Shown here piece by piece: positions 1-12,800 of a stretch of DNA of 64,000 bases; the stretch's first letter is position 1; every line of letters starts with the position of its first letter. Source of the DNA: Gracilinanus agilis (Eukaryota); NCBI RefSeq assembly GCF_016433145.1, contig NC_058133.1, positions 80,744,689-80,808,688 on the forward strand, read 5' to 3'. The position numbers and the translations under genes are program-made. The notes under the pieces were generated by a model. It saw only the letters and a program-made list of their open reading frames with translations. It ran no database searches and had not been told where the DNA came from.

Positions 1-73
1 ATATATATGTATACATATATATATATATATATAGAGACAGACAGACAGACAGAGAGAGGGAGAGAGAGAGAGA
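1..73. repeat. Compound microsatellite (TA)n/(GACA)n/(GA)n
   Basis: Directly visible: TA run, then agac repeats, then GA run. Confidence 0.95.
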
Positions 74-159
74 GTTTTATTTTACTTTTTTAAATCTCAA
101 GCACTGACACATAGTAGGCACTTAATAAACACTTGGTGACTTAACTTAGTTTCCTTTAT

Positions 160-265
160 ATTCCTCTGTAATTTATTTTATGCACTTAAAATATTATTCT
201 GAGAAAAGAGTCCATAGTCTTTGCCAGATTGTCAAAGGGATCCATCACATAAAATGGTTAAAAAT
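160..265 (+). mobile_element. Degraded hAT-Charlie (Charlie4z-like) DNA transposon fragment
   Basis: tttattttatgcacttaaaatattattctgagaaaagagtccatag...gggatccatcacataaaatggttaa resembles the 3' half of the Charlie4/4z consensus as I recall it; related copies at ~8783 and ~35087. Confidence 0.5.
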
Positions 266-2021
266 AGGAAGAACATTGTAGAGGGGATTCTTGATTGATC
301 ATGGTTTGGACTAACTGGCCTCCAAAGTATTTCAGATTCTGAGATTCTATGGAGTACCATAAGAAGGATTTGTGCTGGTGCTTAGCCTCATTGTTTAGCA
401 TCCTTATTTAGCTGAGCCTTTTATACCTCCAGATGACCTGAGATAGATTTGATTGCATTAGAACTGTCATGATATTTCCTTCATGGAAACTGCCAGAAGT
501 CTCAGTTTTGTCCTGAGCATATAAAAATGGTTTAGAAATTGCTTTCACCCATCTTTGCAGTTAGAAGTGATCAAGACGTAATTAGATTTGCCAAATTCCT
601 TTCTTCTGTAAAGCTCAGTGCTCTTCTACAGTGTTTCATTTATCTTCAACATCCCCATGAGATACATAAGATAAGGGATAGCAATGGCAGCAAAGGAAAA
701 ATACAAGTTAGAAATGGAGTTAAGGATGGGCAAATAGAGTTTTGCTCTAGGGGACCTTCTAGATGTGTCAGACCCAATTCCTTCCTGCTATGGCATGGAG
801 ACCACTGTCCTTGTGCCTTGTGTTTCATCAATTCTTCACCATTTCAGGAAGAGGAAAGGTTCGGTGTGGGGCCACAGACTTGTGGGGATTACAGAAGGAC
901 AGGGGATAGGTCACTTAGTCTCCTACAGCTATTGGGAAAACCCTGAAGAACCCCTTTCTCTGGGAAAAAAAGGAGAAAGGGAAAAAAGGAAGAAGAATGG
1001 AGCCTTGATCTCTTCAGGTCCCTAGACCAGGCTTTGGGGATGATATATCATCTCTCTTCCCCTTGGCTGAATTTGACCCAGGATCTAGAATTACTAGTTA
1101 CTGCTTTTAATATAAAATGATTCTCATAACATCAGAAAGGGAGAAAGGAGACCATTATTAAAACCCAGGTCTCTCAAAGTACCAGTTTGATGCTTAATTT
1201 AAAAGACCCCATTCTTTTTGGGTATGTAGCTATTTTAGTTACTAAAGTACCAAAGAAAACTTCATAATAAGGCAATCCTAACAGTATGAAATGTGTGATG
1301 CTGAGAATTCAATATACATGAAATTATAGAGTCTAAAATGTGTGTAGCCATATCCTGTGAAGGAAGTTATGCATTTATAATGAAAATGTTCTTTCAATTA
1401 AATTTATTCTGATGGTTCTAACCTAAGAGAAGGAATTTTATTGAAAGAAATGCAATATTTCATTATAAATGTATCACTTCCTTTACAGGCTACTCCTTGC
1501 ATGCATTTTTAGAAGAACTTATGTGTGATTTCATATATATTGGATTCTCACCATCACATATGATTGGGATTGCCTTATAATGAAGTTTTCATTTGTACTT
1601 CAGTAACTGAATCTAGGATGTTGTCCAAAGTGGGTCTTTCTTACGCTAAATTTGTTCCATAAATGAAACCAACATAACTAGGGTATGAAAAATCCCCAGA
1701 AAACACTAAAGATCTCAACCACCTGAGTGAATCTTCAATGAAATATTATTGTGATCAGTCTCACATTGTGAGTTCAAGTTTAGGCTAAGAAAGGAGAAAA
1801 AGGAAGTTATTCTATTTACTTTTTAGGAACTGTCAGGTCTGAGAAATTTTTATGCTCACATTCTCACACATAAAGTATACAGATAAATTGTACAGTTCAA
1901 CATTTGTTCATTCAGCAAATCTTTATAGGGGATTCCAAAACAGAATCAAAACCAATCCTTTTCTTCAAGGGATTTCCTTCCCACTGTAGGCATATAATAA
2001 CACTTAAAATGGTTAAAATAA

Positions 2022-2205
2022 GGGGCAGCTAGAAGGCTCAGTGGAAGAGAACCAGACCTGGAGACAGGAGATTCTGGGTTCAAATATGGCCTTAGACACT
2101 TCCTAGCTTTAAGACCCTGGACAAGTTACTTAACTCCAGTTGCCTAGCTCTCACCACTCTTCTGCTTTGGAACTGATATCTTCCATTAATTAGATAAGGG
2201 TTTAA
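2022..2205 (+). mobile_element. Marsupial CORE-SINE (SINE1_Mdo-like, older copy)
   Basis: GGGGCAGCTAG..GCTCAGTGG tRNA-derived head, GGTTCAAAT B-box, CORE segment, gggtttaaaaaa tail; imperfect TSD aaaatggttaaaataa / aaaatggctaaataa. Confidence 0.85.
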
Positions 2206-2371
2206 AAAATGGCTAAATAACTATAGTATAATTTGAGGGAAAGACAACACTATAAACTCTCAGTATTGAAAGTCTTGCAGGAAGCTAGAATCTCTATAAC
2301 TTTGTATATAGAAATGGAATTCTACACAGTAAAGTTTGAAGCTTTTTTTCATTGAGTTTCTGCCTTCCCTT

Positions 2372-2530
2372 TTGTAACCCATTACCTTCTGTCTTAGCAT
2401 CAGTGCTAATTGGTTCCAAGGCAGAAGACTGGTAAGGCCTAGGTAGGCAAATTCAACCTGCTAGGAAATATTTGAAGTCAGATTTGAACCCAGTCTGGCT
2501 CTCTATCTACCTAGCCACCTCACTGCCCTG
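2372..2530 (-). mobile_element. CORE-SINE, internally deleted
   Basis: Reverse-complement of the SINE tail (accttctgtcttag...ttccaaggcagaaga) and head (gatttgaaccc...ctgccc). Confidence 0.75.
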
Positions 2531-2639
2531 TCTGCTTTCTTAATCCGTGTAAATTCTCTGAGAAAAGAACTGGTTGTATCAATGAGCTGTGAGTCTTGAT
2601 TAGAAGAGACCAAACATTTCTGGATAAATCCAGCCTCAC

Positions 2640-2800
2640 ACACTTAAATAGTTGTCACACCTGGGCAAATCACTCAACCTCAATCTGCCTCAATTTTCTC
2701 ATCTGCAAAATGTATATAATAATAGCATCTACCTCTCATGTAATGAGATAATATTTGTAAAACACTTTGTAAACTTTAAAGCGTTCCCTAAATGCTAGGT
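2640..2800 (+). mobile_element. MIR-type SINE
   Basis: ctgggcaaatcactcaacctc..cctcaattttctcatctgcaaaatg..ataatagcatctacctc CORE plus tail. Confidence 0.75.
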
Positions 2801-4189
2801 TTGTTTATGGAAAGAAAAATAGCATTTGCTAAGCATCTAATTATAGAATGTTAGGACCCTGTGGAGGGAAAGGAATTCACACATTTGCCCTTTTACAACT
2901 TATCCAAGCTCAGCTTGGTATATCTGTCTTTTTCTTAATGGCACCACGAGTTTTCTGTTCTTTCCTGTCTTCATCATTCTTCTTACATGTTTGAGAAATC
3001 CAGAAAGACTTCTTGTTTGGCCCTAAGATCTATTTCATGTTGTCACACACATTGGTTCTTTTCTTCTTTGTGTCTCTTAATCTTAGGTTGTTAAAGATGG
3101 GTTAACACCTACAAAAAAGTGAAGCCCATTAAATCTTTTCCCCCAATTATGCTTTTCAAGTATGTAAAGCCCCTATATTTGCTTCTTTCATAAAGGAACC
3201 CTGTAATAAATGAAGATTAATCAGTGCTCTTGTGCCAGCTTAATTATTTAGCAACTGATTATCCAATTTGTGGATTACTTTGGCCTCTTGCTTTTTATTC
3301 TCTTCCTTCCTGATGTTGCCTAACTTATGACTTTTGACCACCCCTCCAATTCCCTCCAGGGATGGACTAGAAAAAGGAAGAAAAGTGAAAGGTACATCAA
3401 ATCTACTTCTTCTCATTAACTTTAATGAAAGCCTTGGTGGAAAAGAAGTTTAAAACCATTGAGTTAAATGAAGATTTTTACATTATCTTAGTAATTACCT
3501 TGTTCCACTGTCAATTCTGGTCATGCACTGTAGTGCTTGATTTTATACATAGGCATTTATAATTCAAAGTTAGTGGTGCTAAAAAAGAAAATTCCTTCAG
3601 ACTATTAAAAAAACACAAATAAAACAAAAATCTATTTTTGACAGATGCTGGGAAATATTTTTAACATATTCCTGATACTTCTAAACAACAAGCTTCCTCC
3701 CACATTCTTCCACCCTGACTCTACAACTGTATCAATGGAGCCAGTGTATTGCATTGTCTGTTAAACAAATATTTAGTCATTGACTGATAAACAAACTATT
3801 TGGGAGGATAGTGGTTTCTATGTCCCACATTTGACTGAAAAATAACCTTTTAAAAGACTTCCTAGATGAAAATAATAAATTAATGTACTGTCATTGATTT
3901 TCTTAATCTGAAATGGTAAGTCATGAGTTGAAAATATAGGATATTTTTACTCATTCACCATTTGTTAAGGACTTTGTACTTGATGCTGGGAGAGAGGAAA
4001 ATTCAGATTAAACAGTTTTTGACCTCATGGAATTTATAATTTGCTAAGGAGATAACAAATAAACATAAGTTTGTAAAGTGCCTTATCCAGCCATGTTTAT
4101 TCCTTTCATTCCTCTCTGGGCTCTAATCCATCTTTTTCAACCATGCCCCAATGTGTGTTCCTTTTCTCTCCACATTCCCTCTTTCAACT

Positions 4190-4330
4190 TCCTTTAAGTA
4201 TTGCCTTCCCTCATTAGATTGTAAATCCTTTGAAGGCAGGGATTGTCTTTCTTTGCTTGTATGTGTATTCCTAGCACTTAGTATAGTACTTGGCACATAG
4301 TAAATACTTAAACATGCTCAACAACTTGAC
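4190..4330 (+). mobile_element. L2 LINE 3' end
   Basis: tagattgtaaatcctttgaaggcagggattgtc...cctagcacttagtatagtacttggcacatagtaaatacttaa matches the typical L2 terminus. Confidence 0.75.
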
Positions 4331-6289
4331 AGATAATAGTAATATACAGCTTAGTTGCAATTAGTGTGAATAATGAATCCTGTGACATGGTTATATTGCA
4401 TGAATCTGTACTCTTGTAATTGGATCTGGTCCATTGGAAAAATGTAATGAATTTTTTTTTAAAATGAGCTTTTAATGTTTATTAACATGAGAACAAATAA
4501 TAAAATATATTTCTGATTCAGGTTTATTATAAAGTAACAGTAGTTATAAAAAGCAAAAATTTTTAAATTGCTGAATATTTATTTAAAGATAAGGCTTCCT
4601 TGATAATATGAAAAAACTCATTTGTATTGTTTAAAATGCTTTAGCAATATAGATTGAACTGTTTCCTCTTTTTTAATATCTTCATACATATACTGATAGG
4701 TGCAGGGAGTTTATCCACATTTCAGCAAATTTGCACATTCCCATTCTCATCCATTGAACCAGTGTAAATGGATGACCCAGAGCATTATCTAAAATCAGTA
4801 ATGCTTTCAACATGATATTGTTGTCTTAGCAATATTTTCAACAGCTAGGCTAAAGTAACCTGAAAAACCAGTCTTTGAAAAACAGCATTAATCACCCTTG
4901 CTTTCTTATTTGACCACCAAAGACCTCGAAGTGATCAATAGCTGCACCCTCTTAGAGCACAAGAAGTTAAAGGTCAATAAACAAGTATTAGTTTTAATTT
5001 AAAATTCCTTTATTCATTACCTCCCAATAAAAGTGTTAAACAATCCTTAGATACTTTAAATCCAGACTGAGTTTTTTTTCTTTCTTAAAAATAGAAGCTC
5101 TGCAAGACATTCTCTTCCAGAACTTGATCCCTCTTATTTCATTCATATTAAATTTTGTTCATCATAATGTCCACCTTTTTTGATTAGTTTTTCAAGACAT
5201 AAAGATATTTAGCTATTTTGCCCTCAATCTGCACTGCATGCCTCTCTAGCAATTTTAATATTATGCAATTGAACCCAATTTTTAAGTGAACAAGCTAACT
5301 AGTGCTTACAGTCAAAGTTTTTTCACTGTATACTTCATTTCCATTTTCTTTCATTACCTTAAATAAACTCAAAGCCTTTGCCTGAATGACTGCTTCCTGT
5401 TAAGATGAATTGTTTTTATTACTGTCTTCACCATAGCTAAAATATGTTGTTTCTTTCATTATAAAATATTCTTTGTAGTTGTTTGCAAACCAGAAAAAGC
5501 TGATATAATTCTGCCTTGTTATGTTATTTTACCTGCATTTTTATAATGTTCTGTATCCTAGATTGAGGCATTCCAATATTTTATCCTGTTTTAGAGTTAC
5601 TATGACTCCACAGTCATGCTGTTCAACTACATCAAATTTTTATTCTGATGTAATGGCAAGCCTCTTCTTTTTTAAAAAGCTGGCAGTGTTTCCATTTGAA
5701 GCATTCTTCCTTTTGTCTATGTTTTTAAGGGCTGTCTTATTTTTAAAAAAAGTTTATGTAACTGTTGGCAATGTGGTACACAGCAACACACATTCACACA
5801 TACAGTGGCAGGTGAGTGCAAAATGACAGCCTAGCAGTATATTAAAATCCTTGAAAAGCTCCTATACTTTGCATTAATTTAATTTTGATTTGTATTAATT
5901 GGGATTTAGTAATTATAATCGCACTAAATTGAATTTGGCATTATTTAAAACTCATTAATCATGAGCTACCTGTTCATGCATTAAAATAAGCAAAAAAGAG
6001 TTCCATGTGAGATCTAAGAGAGAAAGACATTCATTATTAATGTCTATATTAAAAATGGAGGTTTGAGAAGAGTTGGTGTTTCCCAGAGTTCTATCCTTGA
6101 CCATCTTCTTTACTTTCTTTTAAATTCTCCCATAATTAGAGAAGCAATAGAATTTAGAGTTGGAAGAGACTTTGGAAGTCATCTAGCCCACCTCCCTCAT
6201 TTTACAGGTGAAGCAAATAAGGATCAGAGACTCGTCTGAGATGACACAGGAGACAAATGGCTGGTCCAAGATTTGAGCCCAGGTGTGTT

Positions 6290-6483
6290 GAGTCAGGAAG
6301 ATCCGAGTTCAAAAACAGTTTCAGACACTAGCTGTGTGACCCTGAGCAAGTCACTTAATCTCTGTTTGCTCAATTCACTGGAGAAGGAAATGGAAAACCT
6401 CTCCAGTATTTTTGCCAAGAAAACTCCATGGATGGTATGGCTCACAGGGTCATGAAGAATAAGACGTGACTGAACAACAACAA
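6290..6483 (+). mobile_element. Mar1-like CORE-SINE with RTE/BovB-type tail
   Basis: CORE followed by ctggagaaggaaatggaaaacctctccagtatttttgccaagaaaactcca...gactgaacaacaacaa. Confidence 0.8.
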
Positions 6484-8288
6484 GCACTGATTCCAAATCC
6501 AATTCCATTCTCCCATGTTCCTGCCTTTTAGTAGTTTCAAATTCCATTTCTGGGGAGTGACCCCACCTCATCCTATTCCTCCATCCCTGAATAGTATAGA
6601 GCTCTAGACTCATCTCTCTAATTGCCATTAGGACATCTGCAAACCGAATGTCTCACTGAATCCTCAGATTCCACATGTCCAAAAACAGAGCTAAATCAGC
6701 TCTACTTTGTCTCTGTGCTTTCTCTCTGGGGCACCACCATTCCTGTGGTCCCTCATGTTAATCATTTTGGTATCATCATTGACTCCTCCCTTCCCCTCAT
6801 CTGACAGTTAAGAAGCTTTTATTAAACATTTACTATGTGCCTGGCACTGTACCAAAAACTGAAAATATTAAGAAAGGCAAAAACAATCCTTGCCTTCAAG
6901 CTGCTTCCTTTAAGGGAATACCTGGTGCCCCAGTCTCTGTTTTTCCTTAAGAAAAAAGAATCTGCTCAAATATTTTATCTCCAGCTTTTAAACTGTATTT
7001 CTTAATGAATTTAGAGAACCAGGTAAACAGGTTGGACTTCTTCTTCTTCTTCTTTTTTTTTTTTTCAGGAATCCAAGGGTGTGAAGCTAGGTTTGGTGTT
7101 TTTTTTTCTGCCTTCCTTATTAAGTTTGCTACACAATCTGGCAAAAAGGAATTAACGAATTTGTTCAGAAGTTAAGGTTTACGATTCACAGTAGTCTCTA
7201 TACACACTTTTGTTGTTTGGTTTTAAAACAACAACCATGCTTTCATTTGCAATATGTGGCCTCAGCCCTGGATGAGTTGTCAGCCTGTCCTACTTTGTGA
7301 AACTGGCTTTGGAGTTAGAAAGCCCTGAATTCAAGTGAGATCTGTGATATCTCTTGTTTGTATGATCTGAGGCAAGTTATACTTCTAAGTACGTTAGGCA
7401 AAACTACAAGATTCAGAACAATTATTTTTCTGCATTGATAGAAGAGGATTTCTTCACTGGGTGACTCCCTACACTAATGAAATTGCAAGCCCAAGTTAAA
7501 AAAAATAGTACTATAGAATTTGTCTTTGTCAAGGGAAACATTTAAAAACATTTTGTTAATGGAAGCAACAGTGTTTCATAAAAAAAGTTCCCTCCTCATA
7601 AAAGGGGATTCTATTTGATACATAGTCAATTGAAGATAAAGTCATATTCTAGTTCAACCTAGTAGTTTTGGGAACAAAACACAAGAAAGTCTTCTAGAAG
7701 AAAGGGTTTTGACAATATTCCATAAAAATTTGGTTGAATGAAATAATTTGATGATTATATATGTATATCTGTCTCAACATAGATCAATAATATATATTTT
7801 AATGATGATTATATATGTTCATCTGTCTCAGTATATAGGCAGATGATAGTGAACACTATTGTCAAACCTGGGCTAAATCTTTACAGCTTTGTAGAAACTG
7901 CTATAGCTGGCATTCAGTGAGCAATGTGGCCTCTGAGAACGCAGGATCAACTTCATAATGAGACATCAGAAGAGAAGGCAAAGAGCATTTTGTGAGGGGC
8001 GGGATGATGTAGTAGATTGAGTCCTGGACACTAAATAGGGAAAAGCTAAGTTTATACATTATCTCTGGCTCATAGTCTCATGTGTAACCCTTAGCAGTCA
8101 CTTCACCTCCCTAAGAAATTCTCTGAAATGCTAACATTGTGGAATTGTTGCTCTGCATCAAGATAGGGAAAGTTGCTCAGGATGAAATTCAAAGTCCATA
8201 CTTACCTCCCCCCGCTTGTCCCCCCCAAAGAGGAACTCAAACTACATCTGTGTAATTTCTTTATTTTTGTAAAAAAGAATTAGAATAT

Positions 8289-8468
8289 GGGGCAGCTGGG
8301 TAGCTCAGTGGATTGACAGCCAGGCCTAGAGACAGGAGGTCCTAGGTTCAAACCTGGCCTCAGCCACTTCCCAGCTGTGTGACCCTGGGCAAGTCACTTG
8401 ACCCCCATTGCCCACCCTTACCAATCTTCCACCTATGAGACAATACACCGAAGTACAAGGGTTTAAAA
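8289..8468 (+). mobile_element. Young SINE1_Mdo-like SINE with perfect TSD
   Basis: Intact GGGGCAGCTGGGTAGCTCAGTGG head to GGGTTT(A)n tail; aaaaaagaattagaatat present at 8271-8288 and 8469-8486. Confidence 0.93.
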
Positions 8469-8782
8469 AAAAAAGAATTAGAATATATGCAAATCCATTT
8501 TAAACGGTTCACCAGCATCATTCAAATCATTTATGTGAGTTTGTTAGAATGTGTTTTTCCACTTTGATATTAGATAAAAACGGGGCTTCATTGTAATATT
8601 TGAGTTTGTTTTGACTTTATTTCCCTTTGTAATGAAATCATGTTATAGGTTATATGGGGCCAAGATCTGCTATATCAAGGTGTAATTCAAAGCATCAGAT
8701 TTTGCCACAAATTATTCAGTTTTCATACATGTATACCACATTGTTTATCATATCCTATCTAGATCTGGTTCTCTTAAGAGTG

Positions 8783-8925
8783 ATTCTTAACTGGGAGTTC
8801 ATGAACTTGTATTTTTTCTTTTCAGTATTTTGAATAGCTTTATCTCAATATAATTTAGTCTCCTATATACTTCTATATGTTTTATTTCACTCATTTCAAA
8901 ACATTATTCTGAAAAGGGGTTCATT
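8783..8925 (+). mobile_element. Degraded Charlie4z-like hAT fragment
   Basis: ttcttaactgggagttcatgaacttg...aaaacattattctgaaaaggggttcat. Confidence 0.5.
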
Positions 8926-9329
8926 AATCATTAATCAGAGTGGCAAAGAGGTCCATGACACCAATAACTTAAAGAAGAGGAGGAAGGAAAAAATTGTAAG
9001 AATTTAAAGTTCTTAAGAACTTTATATAAAAAAGATTTTGCCAAAGGCACCAAGACCCTTAAATTTGGGCATTGACAGCTCCCATCACTGTATCTAGAAA
9101 AAAGACAAACTGGAATTTTTAATCCCTTTTTCAATCTTGTTCTAGTCTGCCTTTACAAGCTTTTTGAACATCTCTCCTTAACATGTGATCTCTTTTCTAG
9201 CCAAAATGCCTGTTTGTCATTCCCTATACATAACATTCCATTTTCTATCTCTCTCTCTTCCTTTTAGAGGCTGGGCTTCATGCCTGGAATACACTCCTCC
9301 CCCATCTCTCCCTTTTACGTTCTCTGTTG

Positions 9330-9780
9330 TTGTTCAGCTGTTTTAGTCATGTCTGACTTGTCATGTCCCTCTTTGTGGTTGTTTTTTGGTAAATATATTG
9401 GAGCAGTTTACCATTTCCTTCTCTAGCTCATTTTACAGATGAGGAAACTGAGGCTAAAAGAGTTAAGTGACTTGCCTTGGGTCACACATCTAGGGAGTAT
9501 CTGAGGCTGGATTTGAACTTGGGAAGATGAGTCTTTCTGACTGCAGACCCAACAGTCTATCCCAGTGGTTCCCAAACTTTTTTGGCCTACCGCCCCCTTT
9601 CCAGAAAAAATATTACTTAGCCCCCTGGAAATTAATTTTTAAAAAATTTTAATAGCAATTAATAGGAAAGATAATACACCTGTGGCCATCACTGCTCTCC
9701 CTGGATCACTGCTGCACCCACCAGGGGGCGGTGGCGCCCACTTTGGGAATCACTGGTCTATCCACTGGGCCACTCTAGCT
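9330..9780 (-). mobile_element. MIR/Mar1-type SINE interrupted by a hAT MITE
   Basis: ctcattttacagatgaggaaactgaggc..agttaagtgacttgcc..ggtcacac..ggatttgaact; the head continues after 9755 (ctatccactgggccac). Confidence 0.75.
9563..9755 (+). mobile_element. hAT (Charlie-type) MITE, copy A
   Basis: TIRs CAGTGGTTCCCAAA / TTTGGGAATCACTG; perfect 8-bp TSD GTCTATCC at 9555-9562 and 9756-9763; 193 bp. Confidence 0.93.
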
Positions 9781-10329
9781 TTCGTCAAATCTCCACTCAA
9801 GACCCTCCTGCAGGAAGCCTTTCCTGCTTTTTCTCCTTTCCTCAATTGCTATGGCTCTTCTTCCAGAAATTACTTTTTATATACTGTCTACTGTGTGTTT
9901 ATGTTCTGTGGGATGTCCACTTCTCTTACTGCTCCTTTCTGACTTCTCTGCCAACCACTCCTGGTAGCCTAATTATTTTACCCCTCTGGCTCCCTCCTCT
10001 GAAAAGTGAGTTCTTATCCAGGACCGCCATGTAAGGAAGTGCTTTGGCCATCCAGGATCCTTTGTCTCCTAACTCTTCACTTTTTCCCCACATTTTGCTT
10101 CCTCCATCTCCCTTTTACTTGATATTTTATGATATCTCCCTTTATGTGAGATTAGAATGTAAGCCCCTTAAGAATAGGTACCTTTTTGTTTTTTGCTTTT
10201 ATTTGTTTTCTCAAGGTTAGAATAGTGTCTTGAAATAAATGACTTCTTTTTGAATGAATAAATTAATAACAATACTTAAATATTTCAAAAGATGAAACTG
10301 TATGGATACTTCCCCTTTGCTCATTCAGA

Positions 10330-10922
10330 GTACCATGGTTACTCCCATACTCTGTGAACTCCACTGGTTCTTTATTGCCTCCAGGATCTAATCTAAAAAT
10401 ACTCCATTTGGCACTTACAGCCCTTTATAACCTAGCCCCCTCCTACCTTCCAGGCTTTTTACACCTTACTTTCTAACATATACTCTCTGATCCAGAGACC
10501 CTGGCATCCTAACTGTTTCATAAAAAAAAAAAAAAAGATACTGCCTATTGACTTAATGCATTTTCTCAGACTGTCCTCTCAACTGTGCCTGCTGACTTCC
10601 CTGGCTTCCTTTAAGTCCCAGCTAAAACCCCATTTTTTACAGGAAGCCTTTCCCAACCTCTCAATTCTAGTGCCTTCCCTTTTTCAGTTAATTCTTATTT
10701 ATTTTGTATAAAGGTTGTCATATATATGTGTAACATATATAAATGTTGGCACACATACACACACACACATATATGTTTGCATGTTGTCTCTGCTTTAGAT
10801 TATAAGCCTCTTGAAGGCAGGAGCTATCTTTTGCCTCTTTTATAACCCCAGCACTTAATACTGTGGCTGGCACATAGTAGGAGCTTAATATTTTTTGATT
10901 CCCAATTGATTCATTGATTGAT
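10330..10922 (+). mobile_element. L2 LINE 3' fragment
   Basis: L2-type pyrimidine-rich 3' region ending ttgaaggcaggagc...ggcacatagtaggagcttaat...attcattgattga. Confidence 0.7.
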
Positions 10923-12533
10923 AATTCCTCCCACACCTCAGTAGTCTTCAGGAATTACTTTGGCCAAATTTATTACCTAGTGGCCAATCTTCTGGGGCTA
11001 CATGTCTCCAACTTAAGTTGTTAGGTTTGTTTTTGGATGACAGACACACAATTCATTACTTAAATGTCCTTGAAATCCTTCCAACTTGGTAAAACTACCA
11101 GAACTTGTATTCGGTTGCTGACATAGTCTGAAAACCCAGGATCCACCTCTGTGCCATGAGGGAGTGTCTCAGGAAGGCTTTATTTTGCTGAACCTTGCAC
11201 TTCAGTGCAGCTCAATGGTTCAAGTCAGGTTCAGTACAAGACTTGAACTTGGGAGGATCTAAGTTTGAATCTTGCCTCAGACATTCCCTACTTGTGTGAC
11301 TGGACAAGTCACTTAAATTTTCAGTTCCTTGCCCATAAAATGGACATAATCATAGCATCTGCTTTATAGGATTGTTGTGGGGATCAAATAAGCTAGATAT
11401 AAAGTGCTTTGCAAACCTGAAATACTATTTTTATTATTGTTCCAAGTCACTTTTATACCCAAATAATAGACAAAACTATTCAAGGATCTGTAGTACTCTT
11501 TGGAAGGAAAGGGAGGAAAGGAAGAATCCCCTAAAGGAGGTGTTGTGAGTGGCAGGCTGTAGGCATACCTTTCCTCTCCTTTTCTCTATAACCCCAACAA
11601 TATTGTTTAGTGCTGAATTTTATACTTGAAATCAATGACTCACGTGGAGCTCCAGGCTGGTGTGAAAAGGATTTTAGGGATGTGAGAACATACTCTGGAG
11701 CAGAGACCCGTAGTACTTTGTGGGTTCATGACTTCTTCCTAGTCTAGTCTCAGCAGGTCAGCCTCAGTCATGACTCTCTTGGGGTAAAATGATGGTTTTG
11801 CATTCTCCCTTCCCATAGAACAAGTGCTGGGTATTTATCCAGGGCAGGAATGGTAGTTGTGGTGAGGGTGGTGGGGATAAGTGTGTGCAAGGGATAAAAG
11901 AGTAAAACCAAGTCATGCTGAAGAGCCTCCAAAATGTCTCTAGCTCTTCCCAAGGTTAGTCCTTTGTTGATGCCTCTTCCTGCCTTCCCTACATTTATGC
12001 TTTATTTGGCCTCTGTTGAACTCCCATTAATCCTACATATTTGCTGGGTTGGCGCTTGCCAGACCAAAGAAGAGATATCAATCATCTTCCATTGGTATTA
12101 GAATCATGGTGAGAGCTGGCTTGCTGGCTACAGAGCTGGAGACAGTCCTCACTTTTTTTTGTAGAAAGTTGAGGGAGTTCCTCTGGATCTCATTTCTCTG
12201 CTTTCCCCTTCAGAATTTCCAGAAATTACAATTTTAGCCTATTCATTCAACCTCTGCTTATTACTGCTGAGGACAGCTTTGAACTTAGGTCTGAGAAATG
12301 GACCAGTAACCAAATTTTTAAAAAAAATGAAAAATTCAATATAAGAAGGGGGAAACATGTCACATTGTTTGATCAATATGACCAAATAACTTCATTTTCT
12401 ACTGAATTGGGCATTTTATTGTCGTATAGACTTAACCTTTGTATTGGCATGTATCACTTCTTATTTTTTTCTTTTCTTCTCTTTAACCCCATCTCCCTCT
12501 CTATCTAAGACTAATTTGTTTCTCTGATTCCTG

Positions 12534-12734
12534 ATTTTTAAAAAAATCCTTATCTTCTGTCTTAAAATCAATACTATATATTGATTCCAAGGCAGAAAAG
12601 CGTTGAGCTAGGCAATGGGAGTTAAGTGACTTTTCCAGAGTCACACAACTAGGAAGTGTCTGGGGCCAAATTTGAACCCACAACCTCCCATCTCTAGGTC
12701 TGGCTCTCAATCATTGAGTCACCCAGCTGCCCCC
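12534..12734 (-). mobile_element. SINE1_Mdo-like CORE-SINE
   Basis: Full reverse-complement copy ending ...cacccagctgcccc. Confidence 0.88.
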
Positions 12735-12800
12735 ACCACTATCAATTTTAAAGCACACGGGACTAGCTTCCTGACTATACGACAGGGATTCCATCTATTA

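Noticed and set aside
539-1025. Overlapping track ORFs of 135 and 86 aa
   Set aside because: No recognisable domain, several start at non-ATG codons, no convincing exon boundaries; expected by chance.
8289-8360. tRNA-like A/B boxes at SINE 5' ends
   Set aside because: These are tRNA-derived SINE heads continuing into CORE sequence, not tRNA genes.
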